A DNA stretch of 64,000 bases from a bacterium (GTDB lineage Bacteria; Patescibacteriota; Microgenomatia; Curtissbacterales; GWA2-41-24), in NCBI GenBank assembly GCA_021813945.1, contig JAKAJD010000001.1, positions 270,742 through 334,741 on the forward strand, read 5' to 3'. Numbering within the stretch: position 1 is the stretch's first letter; every line of letters begins with the position of its first letter. The notes beneath the pieces were generated by a model. That model made no database searches. It had not been told where the DNA came from and saw only the letters and a program-made list of their open reading frames with translations. The translations under genes were made by a program, and so were the position numbers. Below are positions 18,126 to 28,197 of this stretch, in pieces.

Positions 18126-18935
18126 ATGCAACGAGTCTCAGTCACCACCCTAAATACATTTGGAGGGGTAATAAATCCGTCTGGCCTAAACAGCCGTTAT
18201 GCTGCAATAGCAAGGTATTTTATTAAATCAGAGGTAGATGTCATAAATTTTCAAGAAGTTTTCACTTACTACCATCTACACTTGCTTCTTAAATCACTAA
18301 AAAAACGCTATCCTTATCACGCATTCCAGAATTCATATTTAGGCCCAAAAGGAGGCCTGGTAACTTTCTCAAAACTTCCTTGTAAAGGAAGGTACATAAG
18401 TTATAAAAGGAATTTCATACCAACTACAATAAAATCCAGCATAGAGCTTTTAACCCAGCGCGGAGCACTCGTGACAAAAGTTAAGAATCTTAACTTTACA
18501 ATCTTAAACACTCACATGACAGCCGTTTTAAATGGTGACTGGTCCAGGAAAAGCAAGTACTATAACGAGCTTTCATCCGAAATAAAACAATTCCACAAGA
18601 TCGTAGAAAATGCACACAAAAATGGTAACGTGTTGCTAGCCTCAGGAGACTTCAATATTGCCAAAGCCAGCCAGTTGTACAAAGAACTAATAAGTTATCA
18701 CAGCCTAGTCTACCCCTTCAAAAACAGCGGCGTGCCCACAAAGCACTCCAGTTTTCCGCAAACCGCACTAAAAACCAACTGCGTCGATTATATATTCGTA
18801 TTCAGCAACGCCAAACTATACAGCATCGAAAAAAAGAAATACGTCTTTACGCGTAAAATGGCACTAGAGCACAACAAAACGGGCTACGTATCCGATCACA
18901 TAGGGCTTTACGTTCAAATAAAATTAACCGCATAA
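18126..18935 (+). CDS. Endonuclease/exonuclease/phosphatase (EEP) family protein
   Basis: TLNT, FQEV, NTH, GDFN, VDYIF and SDH motifs. Confidence 0.9.
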   Translation: MQRVSVTTLNTFGGVINPSGLNSRYAAIARYFIKSEVDVINFQEVFTYYHLHLLLKSLKKRYPYHAFQNSYLGPKGGLVTFSKLPCKGRYISYKRNFIPTTIKSSIELLTQRGALVTKVKNLNFTILNTHMTAVLNGDWSRKSKYYNELSSEIKQFHKIVENAHKNGNVLLASGDFNIAKASQLYKELISYHSLVYPFKNSGVPTKHSSFPQTALKTNCVDYIFVFSNAKLYSIEKKKYVFTRKMALEHNKTGYVSDHIGLYVQIKLTA

Positions 18936-18937
18936 GC

Positions 18938-19729
18938 TTATGCCAGCTTCTTTGCTGATTCGTACAATTCATAATCCTTTTCATGTAAATCATAAAAACG
19001 ACTTATAAATGCAGGTCCATAACCTTGAATTGGTTCTCTTGCATCCGGTGTTCTGTTCAATCGTTTAGCCTTAAATCCTCGGTCACAACCTACAGGCATT
19101 AGACCCTCCCGCCGAATACACTCTATTAATTTATCAGCAAACACATCCAATTCGTCAGTGATACCTACAACAGCAAAATCACCAAGATTCTTTTTCCCCA
19201 AAGCTTGCGATTGATAATTCCTAAGTTCAGGCAATAAAGCATATTCCTCAAATGTTAAAGACGGCCGAAATGGTATTCTTACACGCCACTGGGTGACCCC
19301 TCTTGTTCTCCTCCAATGAGCGTACTGCGACCTCATTCTTTCAAGGGGGTCCCTGATCACAACGACCGAAACAGGGTCTGAAATATGCAAATCAAAACGG
19401 TCAGCAACGAAATGTCCGTGTACGGCCGAAAAATCATCTGGCATTTCAAAAACATGAATAGTCTTTGGCTTTAAAATATTAGTACTAAGCAATAAATATG
19501 CTCTATTTATAATAAACGCTAGTGGGGTATTTGCAATTTGCGCGCGCAACAAATCATGAACAGCACTAGTTCGCCGAGCCTTGAGATCAGCAGCCCTCGC
19601 TAAGGTATCGTCAATGGGGTTGTACACAAGAACCCTATCCTTGCCTAATGCAGATTCTAGAAGATCCTGAACAGAAGTTCCTGCGGTTTTTTCAATATGA
19701 ACACTTACTACTCGTCTTTCCAAACTCAT
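18938..19729 (-). CDS. Sulfotransferase family protein
   Basis: 5'-PSB motif HIEKTAGTS and 3'-PB motif IRDPLERMRSQY. Confidence 0.85.
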   Translation of the reverse strand: MSLERRVVSVHIEKTAGTSVQDLLESALGKDRVLVYNPIDDTLARAADLKARRTSAVHDLLRAQIANTPLAFIINRAYLLLSTNILKPKTIHVFEMPDDFSAVHGHFVADRFDLHISDPVSVVVIRDPLERMRSQYAHWRRTRGVTQWRVRIPFRPSLTFEEYALLPELRNYQSQALGKKNLGDFAVVGITDELDVFADKLIECIRREGLMPVGCDRGFKAKRLNRTPDAREPIQGYGPAFISRFYDLHEKDYELYESAKKLA

Positions 19730-19765
19730 TCTAATAACCTATAATACCCGATATTATATCTTAAC

Positions 19766-20443
19766 ATGCTGGAAAAACAAAACTATGAGCCAATTCACCT
19801 GCCCAAAAGAACAGTTAGGGAATGGCTGAAGAATAAACTTATAGTCGATGCTGAAAACGTCATGCGGCTTATATATCCTTTAGTCAGATATATTCATGAG
19901 AAAAGGCCCGATTACCTACTCGCCCTGGATTCCGGTGCCAGAATCACTAGCCTCGCTATACTTGCCCTTTATAGTGAATTATATGGAGAACTGCCAACGA
20001 AAGATCACGCAATTCATTTTAAAAAAGTTTCCCATAAGTTCACGCCTGCTCTCATAAAACACCAGCTTGAAGGCTGTGTTCAACAAGCGTTATCCGCAAA
20101 TGAATCCCCTTTGCTTTTTGTCATCGACGACTGCACAAACACCGGAATAACAGCAAGTAGGGTAAGAAGAGCTGTTTCAGAACTATCCAACGGAAAGGTA
20201 CGCCTTCGCTTTGGCGTGATGCGTGAATTTCTCGCAGGCATTACAGACGTAAAGGGAGACACTTTTAGCCTAGCAAGGCCTGCTTGGCGCAATCAACCGG
20301 AGTTAATTGGGGTCTACTATTCTGACAATACGATTCCTCATGTACTCAGTACCCAGGAGGCTATCAGTTTGAGAGAACAAATTCGCTCAAGCGCAAAGCA
20401 GTTCGCAGCAAAAATTAAAGGTGGAGTAAAAAATGAGTGTTGA
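19766..20443 (+). CDS. Type I phosphoribosyltransferase-like protein
   Basis: PRPP-binding loop LFVIDDCTNTGIT; PDYLLALDSGAR. Confidence 0.75.
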   Translation: MLEKQNYEPIHLPKRTVREWLKNKLIVDAENVMRLIYPLVRYIHEKRPDYLLALDSGARITSLAILALYSELYGELPTKDHAIHFKKVSHKFTPALIKHQLEGCVQQALSANESPLLFVIDDCTNTGITASRVRRAVSELSNGKVRLRFGVMREFLAGITDVKGDTFSLARPAWRNQPELIGVYYSDNTIPHVLSTQEAISLREQIRSSAKQFAAKIKGGVKNEC

Positions 20444-22547
20444 ATCAACTAGCTATATGCAAGACTTGAGGCCTAACTGCCCCGACGCCTTAAACATACA
20501 CGATGAACATTTAATTGATGCCCAACTTCGCAATATGCAAATCCTTATTGAAACCACCTCGGAAAGAAAAATTGATAGCCTAATTGATGACGTAATGGGT
20601 CTAAAACAGGCATATGATAGCAGGTTAACTTTAGCAATTATCAACAGAAGACTTGATGAGCAATCTATATCATTATTAAAAAAAGCAAGCGATACCATAT
20701 CAAACGGCAGCAACGTCATAATCAAAAGTTTTGAGCGTGCCGAGCCTGTCACCGAAGAAAAAAATGATGCCTTAATACAAACAGCACAAAGGCTAATCTA
20801 TCTGCATTCCACAGATGGAACAGACGCTCTTAAAAAGAATTGCTTAGTGGACTCGGAAGAAACAGTAATTTTCGCCGTCCCATCAAAGCAAAGTGCCATT
20901 CTTCATGAAGCACTCGCTCTTATGCCATCCACAGAAAACGTTGTTGGTTTTAAAATCACAAAAACAGATGCAAGCATTGAGGTCAGTTTATTTTTAAAAA
21001 AAGACGAAAGGGGAGTAAGTAGCGTAAGCATTACGCTAGACGAAAAGACCCAGAAAATAGCAGCTGAACACAAAAAGGGTAAAAAAATCTTGATCGCAAT
21101 CGAAGGTGACATCGCTGGTCACTCAATCAGGGCACTGGAAACCGCAAGAGGACTAAGGGCACTTGGGTATGAACCTGACATTTTTGGCAGCGGCTATTAT
21201 GCATGGCAATACAAAGAAGAAGGTTTCAATTGTCTACCTCCTTTTAACACCAGTGAAACATTAGAAAGAGAGCGGATTATTGCTAAAGCAAGGGGAGAAG
21301 GAGAAGGAGTGTTTTTCTGGAATTTTAAAGAGGTAAAATCACGTGTAGAGTCGGCAAAAAGTGCTCTTAGACCATATATCCAATCGGGCGTAGATTTGCT
21401 TATTTCTGATATGAACCCAATTGTTGATATTGCTATAAGTCAACTCCAGTCAGAAACAGGGGTATACTTCCCCAGAATGACAGAAACACACGACATACGA
21501 CTGTCCCCATACAGGACGCTCAGAACAATTAAGGTTAGAGGAATTCCGGTAGGCGAAATAGCATATAGAGTAAATTGCCTGCCTGTTATCGCCGCTCTCG
21601 ATAAAAATGGACGACGCCACAAGATCACACATTTCATGCTTAATAATGTCGCAGATACGTTTATGGGACTACCACTCTTTATGTACGATCGCAAAAGGAG
21701 CGGCTCAAAACTGCGAATAAAATTTACCGATTACATTTATGGTGAAGATGGAACAATGCTATTTAGCCTCAAACAAGAATGTCCAGAACCGAATATTTAT
21801 CCTGTTGGCCTACAAGCAGATAAAGGGGCACACAATGGTAGCGGACATCCTGAATTCCCCAAGGGGAAAGCAGCCATATTAAATGCTCAGGGCAGCACAC
21901 ACAACAGAGCAGCCTGGAATATCACAGCATCAGCTCTTTTAGAAATTCCAGATAGTTTCTCAATTCACGCAACGGGAATAAAGGAAGACAAAACAGAAGC
22001 GATAAACGGAAACGCAAAAACAGGTACAGCAGGGCTAAAAGGCTATAAAGTTGGTTATGCCGATAATTACTATTTGGCTCAAGCAGCAGATGTAGTAATA
22101 AACCACGGAGGGTTTGGAACAATTTCTCAATGGTTGCTTGCTGCAACAAAAAAAATAAGAGGAGAACGGCGGGAATTGGATAACCTGGTTTCTACAAATA
22201 CGCCAACGCAAGTTGGCCGCTACTTAAGAAGTTGCCACGGAATATCACGATCGCTTTCTGTGTGCAATACTTTTGAACAAGAAAATAACGCAAGATCAAT
22301 AAACGAAGCAGGTGGCGAAAACGTATGCACGGTAATAACAGCAGACGATCTTCTAAAACAGCCAGACCCAAAAAGCCTAATTCAACAACTAATAAAACGG
22401 TTACTGTATGCGCCCATAGACAATAGTGAACGGGCGTTTTGGCTTAACCTGGTCAACTATGAATCGTCCATGAATGCCCCAGCCCATATAGCCCTAATCC
22501 TTGAAAGAATTATCGTCACCCAACAAAAAGAACATGAAAGAAGCTGA
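20433..22547 (+). CDS. GT-B glycosyltransferase (GT1/GT28-like) with a long unknown N-terminal region
   Basis: AGHSIRALE.ARGL, DLLISD, VINHGGFGT and FEQENNAR motifs. Confidence 0.7.
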   Translation: MSVESTSYMQDLRPNCPDALNIHDEHLIDAQLRNMQILIETTSERKIDSLIDDVMGLKQAYDSRLTLAIINRRLDEQSISLLKKASDTISNGSNVIIKSFERAEPVTEEKNDALIQTAQRLIYLHSTDGTDALKKNCLVDSEETVIFAVPSKQSAILHEALALMPSTENVVGFKITKTDASIEVSLFLKKDERGVSSVSITLDEKTQKIAAEHKKGKKILIAIEGDIAGHSIRALETARGLRALGYEPDIFGSGYYAWQYKEEGFNCLPPFNTSETLERERIIAKARGEGEGVFFWNFKEVKSRVESAKSALRPYIQSGVDLLISDMNPIVDIAISQLQSETGVYFPRMTETHDIRLSPYRTLRTIKVRGIPVGEIAYRVNCLPVIAALDKNGRRHKITHFMLNNVADTFMGLPLFMYDRKRSGSKLRIKFTDYIYGEDGTMLFSLKQECPEPNIYPVGLQADKGAHNGSGHPEFPKGKAAILNAQGSTHNRAAWNITASALLEIPDSFSIHATGIKEDKTEAINGNAKTGTAGLKGYKVGYADNYYLAQAADVVINHGGFGTISQWLLAATKKIRGERRELDNLVSTNTPTQVGRYLRSCHGISRSLSVCNTFEQENNARSINEAGGENVCTVITADDLLKQPDPKSLIQQLIKRLLYAPIDNSERAFWLNLVNYESSMNAPAHIALILERIIVTQQKEHERS

Positions 22548-23331
22548 ACAAAATATTGGGAATCAACCTTATAGCGAAATTAGCCAACAAGCAAAGATAA
22601 AAGCTGCTTTGCTTGAAGTACCATCAGGAGCAACAACCCTGTGCAAGCGACTTTTACAAAATGACCGATTAACCGTCGATGAAGCGCAATCAGTATTATT
22701 TGAAGCTACTGAAGCATTAAGCGGATCAGCACCTTTCGGTTTGAAGTCATCACCGAAAATAACAGGCCACCTCGGGCAAGGGTTTGAATCCACAGGATTC
22801 ATCTTCGATACCAAAGAGGGTAAATGGGTAATAAAAATCGGCCTGCCAAAAAATTGCGTGTCAGGAGTGTATTCACCCTCAACCAATAAATACGCAAGTA
22901 CAATGGTGTGGAACTACAGGGCACTTATGGATACTTTCCAAGAAAAACTGCCGCACGTCACACCCTCACCATATTTCGTGATTCCGCCAAGCGGGCTAAG
23001 CCGACACACAACAGTTCAAATACAACCATATATCCAGCCGACAACAAACGCAGACAACCTCACAAATAGCCAAAGGGAAGACCTGATAGCTGAAAGGACA
23101 ACATTTTACTATCTGTCACGTTCAATGCTTAAACACAAAAGAGTAATGCCAGACCTAGTTAAGAGAAAAAACCTCATCGTCGGTACCACAAGCGGACAGG
23201 CACACTACACCCTCGTTGACGTGGGCCTATTTCACCTGCAAGCACCAACCCCCGTGTTAAACATACTCGTCTTTTTTTCCCAAAGACTGTCCCTATCAAG
23301 AGACCTAAGGGCTTTAAAATCACGAAGGTGA
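22534..23331 (+). CDS. Protein-kinase-like fold protein
   Basis: LGQGFES glycine loop, VIKI lysine, PDL...N catalytic loop, LVDVG. Confidence 0.6.
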   Translation: MKEAEQNIGNQPYSEISQQAKIKAALLEVPSGATTLCKRLLQNDRLTVDEAQSVLFEATEALSGSAPFGLKSSPKITGHLGQGFESTGFIFDTKEGKWVIKIGLPKNCVSGVYSPSTNKYASTMVWNYRALMDTFQEKLPHVTPSPYFVIPPSGLSRHTTVQIQPYIQPTTNADNLTNSQREDLIAERTTFYYLSRSMLKHKRVMPDLVKRKNLIVGTTSGQAHYTLVDVGLFHLQAPTPVLNILVFFSQRLSLSRDLRALKSRR

Positions 23332-23489
23332 CCTGCATTAACACCTAGTTCTATCAATGCGAGCAAAAGCCCCCCAACACCGCCTTTGCGATTTTGAGGT
23401 CCCCCTTTGAGGGTTAAAACACCCGCCGCGATAATTTCAAATTATTAATGAAGTTGTTATTTTCTATTGAGAAACATTATAATTTCCGA

Positions 23490-23954
23490 ATGAGAAAAGA
23501 GGCCTTGGCAGCAGCTTATGGAACCCTCATAGCACTACCCTTTATTTTTGGTGGCTGTCATTCTCAAGAAAAACTAAAAAACACGAGCGCGACAAAAACA
23601 GGAGTTTCCACAGAAAATCCGGATTTTTCGCAATATGTTCCTATGATTGTTTCCATTGATCCAAGTCCCGAAGATTGTAAAGAATCAGGTAACACTATTG
23701 ATTATCATTCAGGCGAAAATATGCAATTGTATAGCCCTGTAACTAATAGCCTTTTAACCTTTGAAGTATCTGTAGATGGGAAAGATGCCGTATTCCAAAG
23801 AAAAGGTTCCATATACGCAGGAGGCGTACAGGAAGGTGAAGTATTTGGAATTTTAACTGATACACAAGGCAGGGGTGCTTATACTATTGGCAGAATAGTT
23901 GAAGTCGGTTCGGATTCAGTAAAAATTGTAAGGCTTGATTGCCCAACTTATTGA
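23490..23954 (+). CDS. Hypothetical lipoprotein-like secreted protein
   Basis: Signal-like N-terminus ending in FGGC. Confidence 0.5.
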   Translation: MRKEALAAAYGTLIALPFIFGGCHSQEKLKNTSATKTGVSTENPDFSQYVPMIVSIDPSPEDCKESGNTIDYHSGENMQLYSPVTNSLLTFEVSVDGKDAVFQRKGSIYAGGVQEGEVFGILTDTQGRGAYTIGRIVEVGSDSVKIVRLDCPTY

Positions 23955-24610
23955 GAAAAACCCTAATAACTCCGCCGCAAAAACTTCAAACGTATTTGGG
24001 CTCAACTAGATAACGGAGAAGACGATAGGTTATATTACAAACCAACGGCAAACTGTAAAAACACCCCTCCACCGGATACATTTTTCAATTACTGCATAAA
24101 TAATCCTTAACGATTGGCTACGTTAGCGGCTAGTTGCCAAAACGGCTGGATTACGGTGCCTAACGCAAGCGCGACATGGGGAAGCTATCTCAAGACTGGA
24201 GCAACATACTGTGTCAAAACCAATAGTTTTTAAAAATAAACAGAATATAATCTTTTACCTTTCTAAATGAGGTATAGATTCTTGACTTATCTTTTCGTCA
24301 GAAAGACCGTGATTATCAAGGAATTCATGAACATCGCTTTTGGGAAACCCATCTCCTTCACCTGAAAAAGGTTTAGAGTGTTTACCCTGAGGCCTAAGAA
24401 CAAATGTTAGCCTCCCGTCTTTCACTATAGCGACAGGTACATATCTCGTATCGGCGCCATACCATTCCATAAATACGAATTATAGCTTGAAATCCTATAA
24501 TTGAATACTGCTGGAACAGTAAATGAAAGGATTAGGAATATCAAAAGATAAATAACTGCAGTTTCCTGAAATTGATTGAAAAAATAAAGATTTAGTGCCA
24601 TAGTTGGCGT

Positions 24611-25072
24611 GTGGAAATAAGAACAATACGACCTAAATCCCAAAAAGATTTTAATGTTTCGGTAGACCTTTTAAACGAAATATTTTCGGAATTTCCGGAT
24701 TTTAAACCTTACACGACAGAGTTTGCATACAACCGAACTAAAGGCAAAAATCCGTTAATTTTAGAGGTTTATGATAATGAACAAATCATAGCTTACGCCC
24801 TTTGCTACGACAGGATAAAAGGCTACCTTCATATATGGGATATCGGAACAAAGAAAGCTTTCAGGGGAAAGGGTATAGCTTCAAAAATTTATGACCATAT
24901 TGAAAAATATGCAAAAGTAAACAATTACCAGGGTGTCACACTAAACACCTTCAACCGATTCGCTAACAATATAAGACTACTTTTAGCCCGAGGTTATGAA
25001 ATATTCGATATAGAAACAAAAGGGGAGTTCAAAAACGACCCTAAAATCCACATGCGGCTAAAATTCAAATAG
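24611..25072 (+). CDS. GNAT family acetyltransferase
   Basis: FRGKGIAS acetyl-CoA motif; N..L....GY. Confidence 0.85.
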   Translation: MEIRTIRPKSQKDFNVSVDLLNEIFSEFPDFKPYTTEFAYNRTKGKNPLILEVYDNEQIIAYALCYDRIKGYLHIWDIGTKKAFRGKGIASKIYDHIEKYAKVNNYQGVTLNTFNRFANNIRLLLARGYEIFDIETKGEFKNDPKIHMRLKFK

Positions 25073-25093
25073 CCCTCCCGTAGTTATAGGAGA

Positions 25094-25540
25094 TTATTCG
25101 TCCGGCAAGTTTTGGAACCGACCTTCTTCGTAAGGCGGATAGCACACCTCGGAAAAGACCAGGGCCGAATCCTGGGCAGCTCGCCATTGCATTAACTCAC
25201 CAACTACAACTACTGCCGAAAACGGCTCAGGGGAATTTCCAACTTCATGTATCTCTTTATCCCCGCTAGCTTTGGTAATAGTAAAAGTTCCTTTACCTGA
25301 AAAATAGCCTTCAATTGTTTTCTCACCCAAAAGAACTCGCTGCAGTGGAGTTGCTGCCCCTGGCGCAACCGTTACAATTGCAAGATCTCTGCTATTGTCG
25401 CCTTCAAATTCATAAGCGTCACAACTAACCCCGGGTTTAATTTGAAGTGTTGTTACAAACTTGACGCGATTTATGTGGCCTTCAAAATCGAAAGTCGCTA
25501 ACTTTGAGTTCGCCCCAATGTCTGGCTCTCCAGGTTCCAT
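25094..25540 (-). CDS. Cupin-like protein
   Basis: TP.Q......E....G.G and E.C.PPY...F cupin pattern; start placed at ATG 25540. Confidence 0.6.
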   Translation of the reverse strand: MEPGEPDIGANSKLATFDFEGHINRVKFVTTLQIKPGVSCDAYEFEGDNSRDLAIVTVAPGAATPLQRVLLGEKTIEGYFSGKGTFTITKASGDKEIHEVGNSPEPFSAVVVVGELMQWRAAQDSALVFSEVCYPPYEEGRFQNLPDE

Positions 25541-25610
25541 GTAGCTGTGTATTCTACTACTTTCATATATAAAGTTAAATTGAAGCCTTTCAAAATCTCC
25601 CGAAAAGGGA

Positions 25611-26396
25611 TTACTTAAACTCCTGGGATATGTCATCAATCAGTCCGTTTGCCAAACCCTCGATATCAAATGATGTAAATGGCAATTTAGTGAATGTGAC
25701 ATGATTTAAATTAGGTACCCTGGGTATCGTCGAATTCCTAACGCAGCAAATTTCCGCTCGGTACATATTTATATCAAACGCTAAATTCGCAGGTAGTTGT
25801 GGATACCATTCGTTTAACTTTCGCCCAAGAGATTTCATCCAGCCATCGCCAAAACCGGCTGTCAAATCAGAAACGGCTTCGCCGCTTTCATATGCTCTAA
25901 TTTGCGCAGCTTTTTTATTCTGTACATCGCTTGTGAGCGTGGTAAACTCCAATAAACCGGTAAGACGTGTTCTGTCGCCTGCCGGACGAAATACTAAGCA
26001 GTCCGGCTCCGCATGTTCTTTCCCTCTAAGAGTCTCTGAAAGTTCGGGGGCTCCATATACAATGCTGGTTTCTTGGGGTGTAAGAATAACTTGTCTGGTT
26101 CCAGGGTAATCCGCCATAAAAAAATATCCGCCGTTCTCAAAAAGATAGGGGATCAAGGCGCTAACTACCTCAGCTCTTGAAGAATTCCTGTTCCTCCTTA
26201 ATGTTTCCCGAATAGTTTGATAACGTGCAGAAAAAAATGTGCTATTTAAAAATCTGGCCAAGAATTTTCCTATCGAAGGATCCAAATTTGCAGCCACATC
26301 CAGGGTACTGCCTAAACGCTCAGGCTCTAGCGCCTTACCCTTACTCGGGTACATCGCCTTGTCCGTTCTATAAAGCTGCCCCACTTCAATAGTCAT
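25611..26396 (-). CDS. Hypothetical protein, possible PD-(D/E)xK nuclease-like fold
   Basis: EPDCLVF...LLEFT...K..Q...Y pattern. Confidence 0.45.
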   Translation of the reverse strand: MTIEVGQLYRTDKAMYPSKGKALEPERLGSTLDVAANLDPSIGKFLARFLNSTFFSARYQTIRETLRRNRNSSRAEVVSALIPYLFENGGYFFMADYPGTRQVILTPQETSIVYGAPELSETLRGKEHAEPDCLVFRPAGDRTRLTGLLEFTTLTSDVQNKKAAQIRAYESGEAVSDLTAGFGDGWMKSLGRKLNEWYPQLPANLAFDINMYRAEICCVRNSTIPRVPNLNHVTFTKLPFTSFDIEGLANGLIDDISQEFK

Positions 26397-26448
26397 AGTG
26401 CGATAATCCCATCAAGCAATCAACCTTCTTTGCCAAAAAGACAAAAAG

Positions 26449-26982
26449 TTATTTTTGAACGACAGAGGTAGCAAATATCACAGGTTTATTATTCCACTTC
26501 ATTATCTCTCGCATCTCGTCCTCATCACCCAAACTTGTGTCGCCAGCTTTAATTCTAAGTATCCTAACAGTACCGGTAAAAGAAACGCTTACGTTTTCAC
26601 CTAAGGCAACATCACTAGCCGGAACATCGCTAGGCAAACCAAATCTTTTATCGCTTATAACAAGAAGTTTATTTCCAGAATTCTTTTCTCCAACTTGACT
26701 AACAACAATCGCATTTTTAGTTACCCAACCTACAATTTGGCCGTCAAGATTAAGTTGAAGATCTTTATATACAACTGGAGTACTTAAAACTTTGTTGATA
26801 GTCACAGGATCGTTTACAGGTATTTGCTGCGTAGTAGCAACGGCCCTGACAGGGGGCTCTTGGGCATGCACCATACTAGATACTGCGCCAGAAAGTAAAA
26901 AGGCACCAAAGGCTACAAGACAGATAATCAAAAATAAAATCGCCCCTCCGGCAATTAGTGTTTTTTTCAAATAGTTATCCAT
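26449..26982 (-). CDS. Membrane-anchored hypothetical protein, possibly OB-fold-like
   Basis: N-terminal TM helix followed by a beta-rich domain. Confidence 0.55.
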   Translation of the reverse strand: MDNYLKKTLIAGGAILFLIICLVAFGAFLLSGAVSSMVHAQEPPVRAVATTQQIPVNDPVTINKVLSTPVVYKDLQLNLDGQIVGWVTKNAIVVSQVGEKNSGNKLLVISDKRFGLPSDVPASDVALGENVSVSFTGTVRILRIKAGDTSLGDEDEMREIMKWNNKPVIFATSVVQK

Positions 26983-27115
26983 GTTTTTACTTAATTATTC
27001 TTGGCTTAACCAAGGAGGGAATTATAACACAATAAAGCCTATAATACAAACGGCCGAACAAGTTGATTGTCAAGATTAAAATTATGAAGGCGGCCTGGAG
27101 CGTTTTGCTGGTTTT

Positions 27116-27553
27116 TTACGGCTCAAGAATGTTACTTGGTTCTCTTACGCAAATGTAATATCCAAATGGGTCAATAATTCGAAAATCCCTACTTCCCCAA
27201 GGTTTTACCTTAAGTTCTTCGACTATGCACTTTTTACCTAAAGCTTTGATGACGTGATTGTAATAATCACCGATTGATTCTTCAGAAAGGTAAACGCATA
27301 CTTCTACGCCATATCCTCTTGGTGTATTTTTAGGGTATCTTTTAAAAAATGAGTGATTATATACTTGGCTGTTTCCGCAAAAGAAAGCAAGAACGCTTGA
27401 GTTTTTTTTCATTACTAAATAACCCAACTGTCCTTTTGGCGGCTTTTGCCACACTGTTTTAAATCCAAGTTTGCCGTAAAATTCAATTACCTGCTTAAAG
27501 TTCGGCACATGTAGCTCGACAATAATGCTAGAAAGTGCGACTTGTGGTTTCAC
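27116..27553 (-). CDS. VOC/glyoxalase (bleomycin resistance-like) protein
   Basis: EL.V......FY..LGF and KPWG.RDFRI.DPFGY motifs. Confidence 0.9.
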   Translation of the reverse strand: MKPQVALSSIIVELHVPNFKQVIEFYGKLGFKTVWQKPPKGQLGYLVMKKNSSVLAFFCGNSQVYNHSFFKRYPKNTPRGYGVEVCVYLSEESIGDYYNHVIKALGKKCIVEELKVKPWGSRDFRIIDPFGYYICVREPSNILEP

Positions 27554-27585
27554 TACGAAAGTATATTATAAAATAGCTCAAGAAC

Positions 27586-28107
27586 TCAGGACTGCCCAGA
27601 ATTAAAGCCTGGAAAAACTAGTAAGTCTTTATGAGAGTTTCTAGCTAAAAGTATTTCATCTGTCCGCGGCCTAAAAGCTAAATGAAAATGCATATTTCCA
27701 ACACAAGATCTACGAGTATCTAACGAAAGAGTTTCTACATGCTGTATTCCTAACCTTCTTTCCAAATCTCTTAAAATCCACGTTTTAGGAGAGCTACTTG
27801 AACCTTCTATCAAAATAACTTGTCCACCAGACAAAGATTTTAATTGTTCAAAATCGTCAGGGTATAAGTCTTGCATTGGTAATGCATGTAAAAGTCCGAA
27901 GGTTGTAGACGCTTCTCCTCTGATTAGAAATCCCGAGCAAGCTGCAAAACCTTCACTAGCATATGTCTGAAAAGCATCCCCAACTCTATACCTACCTTGA
28001 CTTACGTAAACAACATCAGCAGGTAAAGGTCGCCCAAATTCTGGCACTTCGGGGTATGCGTTTGGATTGTCATTGTCATAAGAAATGGCCCGAATTAATT
28101 TTTCCAC
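27586..28107 (-). CDS. Hypothetical protein with a CheD/CNF1-YfiH-like Cys-His motif
   Basis: SEGFAACSG...GLLH resembles the CheD-type xGxxxC...H spacing. Confidence 0.45.
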   Translation of the reverse strand: MEKLIRAISYDNDNPNAYPEVPEFGRPLPADVVYVSQGRYRVGDAFQTYASEGFAACSGFLIRGEASTTFGLLHALPMQDLYPDDFEQLKSLSGGQVILIEGSSSSPKTWILRDLERRLGIQHVETLSLDTRRSCVGNMHFHLAFRPRTDEILLARNSHKDLLVFPGFNSGQS

Positions 28108-28197
28108 AGCTAGTAATTATATCAACTCTGAAGCAAAATATCAAACTATAGGTTACAAGAAGCGTCTTATGGTTCGAATCCAAGATGGATCCTTGTG

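Noticed and set aside
24115-24165. Integron attC site (GTTAGCG and GCCTAAC)
   Set aside because: Core and inverse core are in the wrong order for one attC, and no integrase or further sites were seen
24255-24643. Two short minus-strand ORFs
   Set aside because: No recognisable motif and they overlap neighbours; possibly remnants but unsupported
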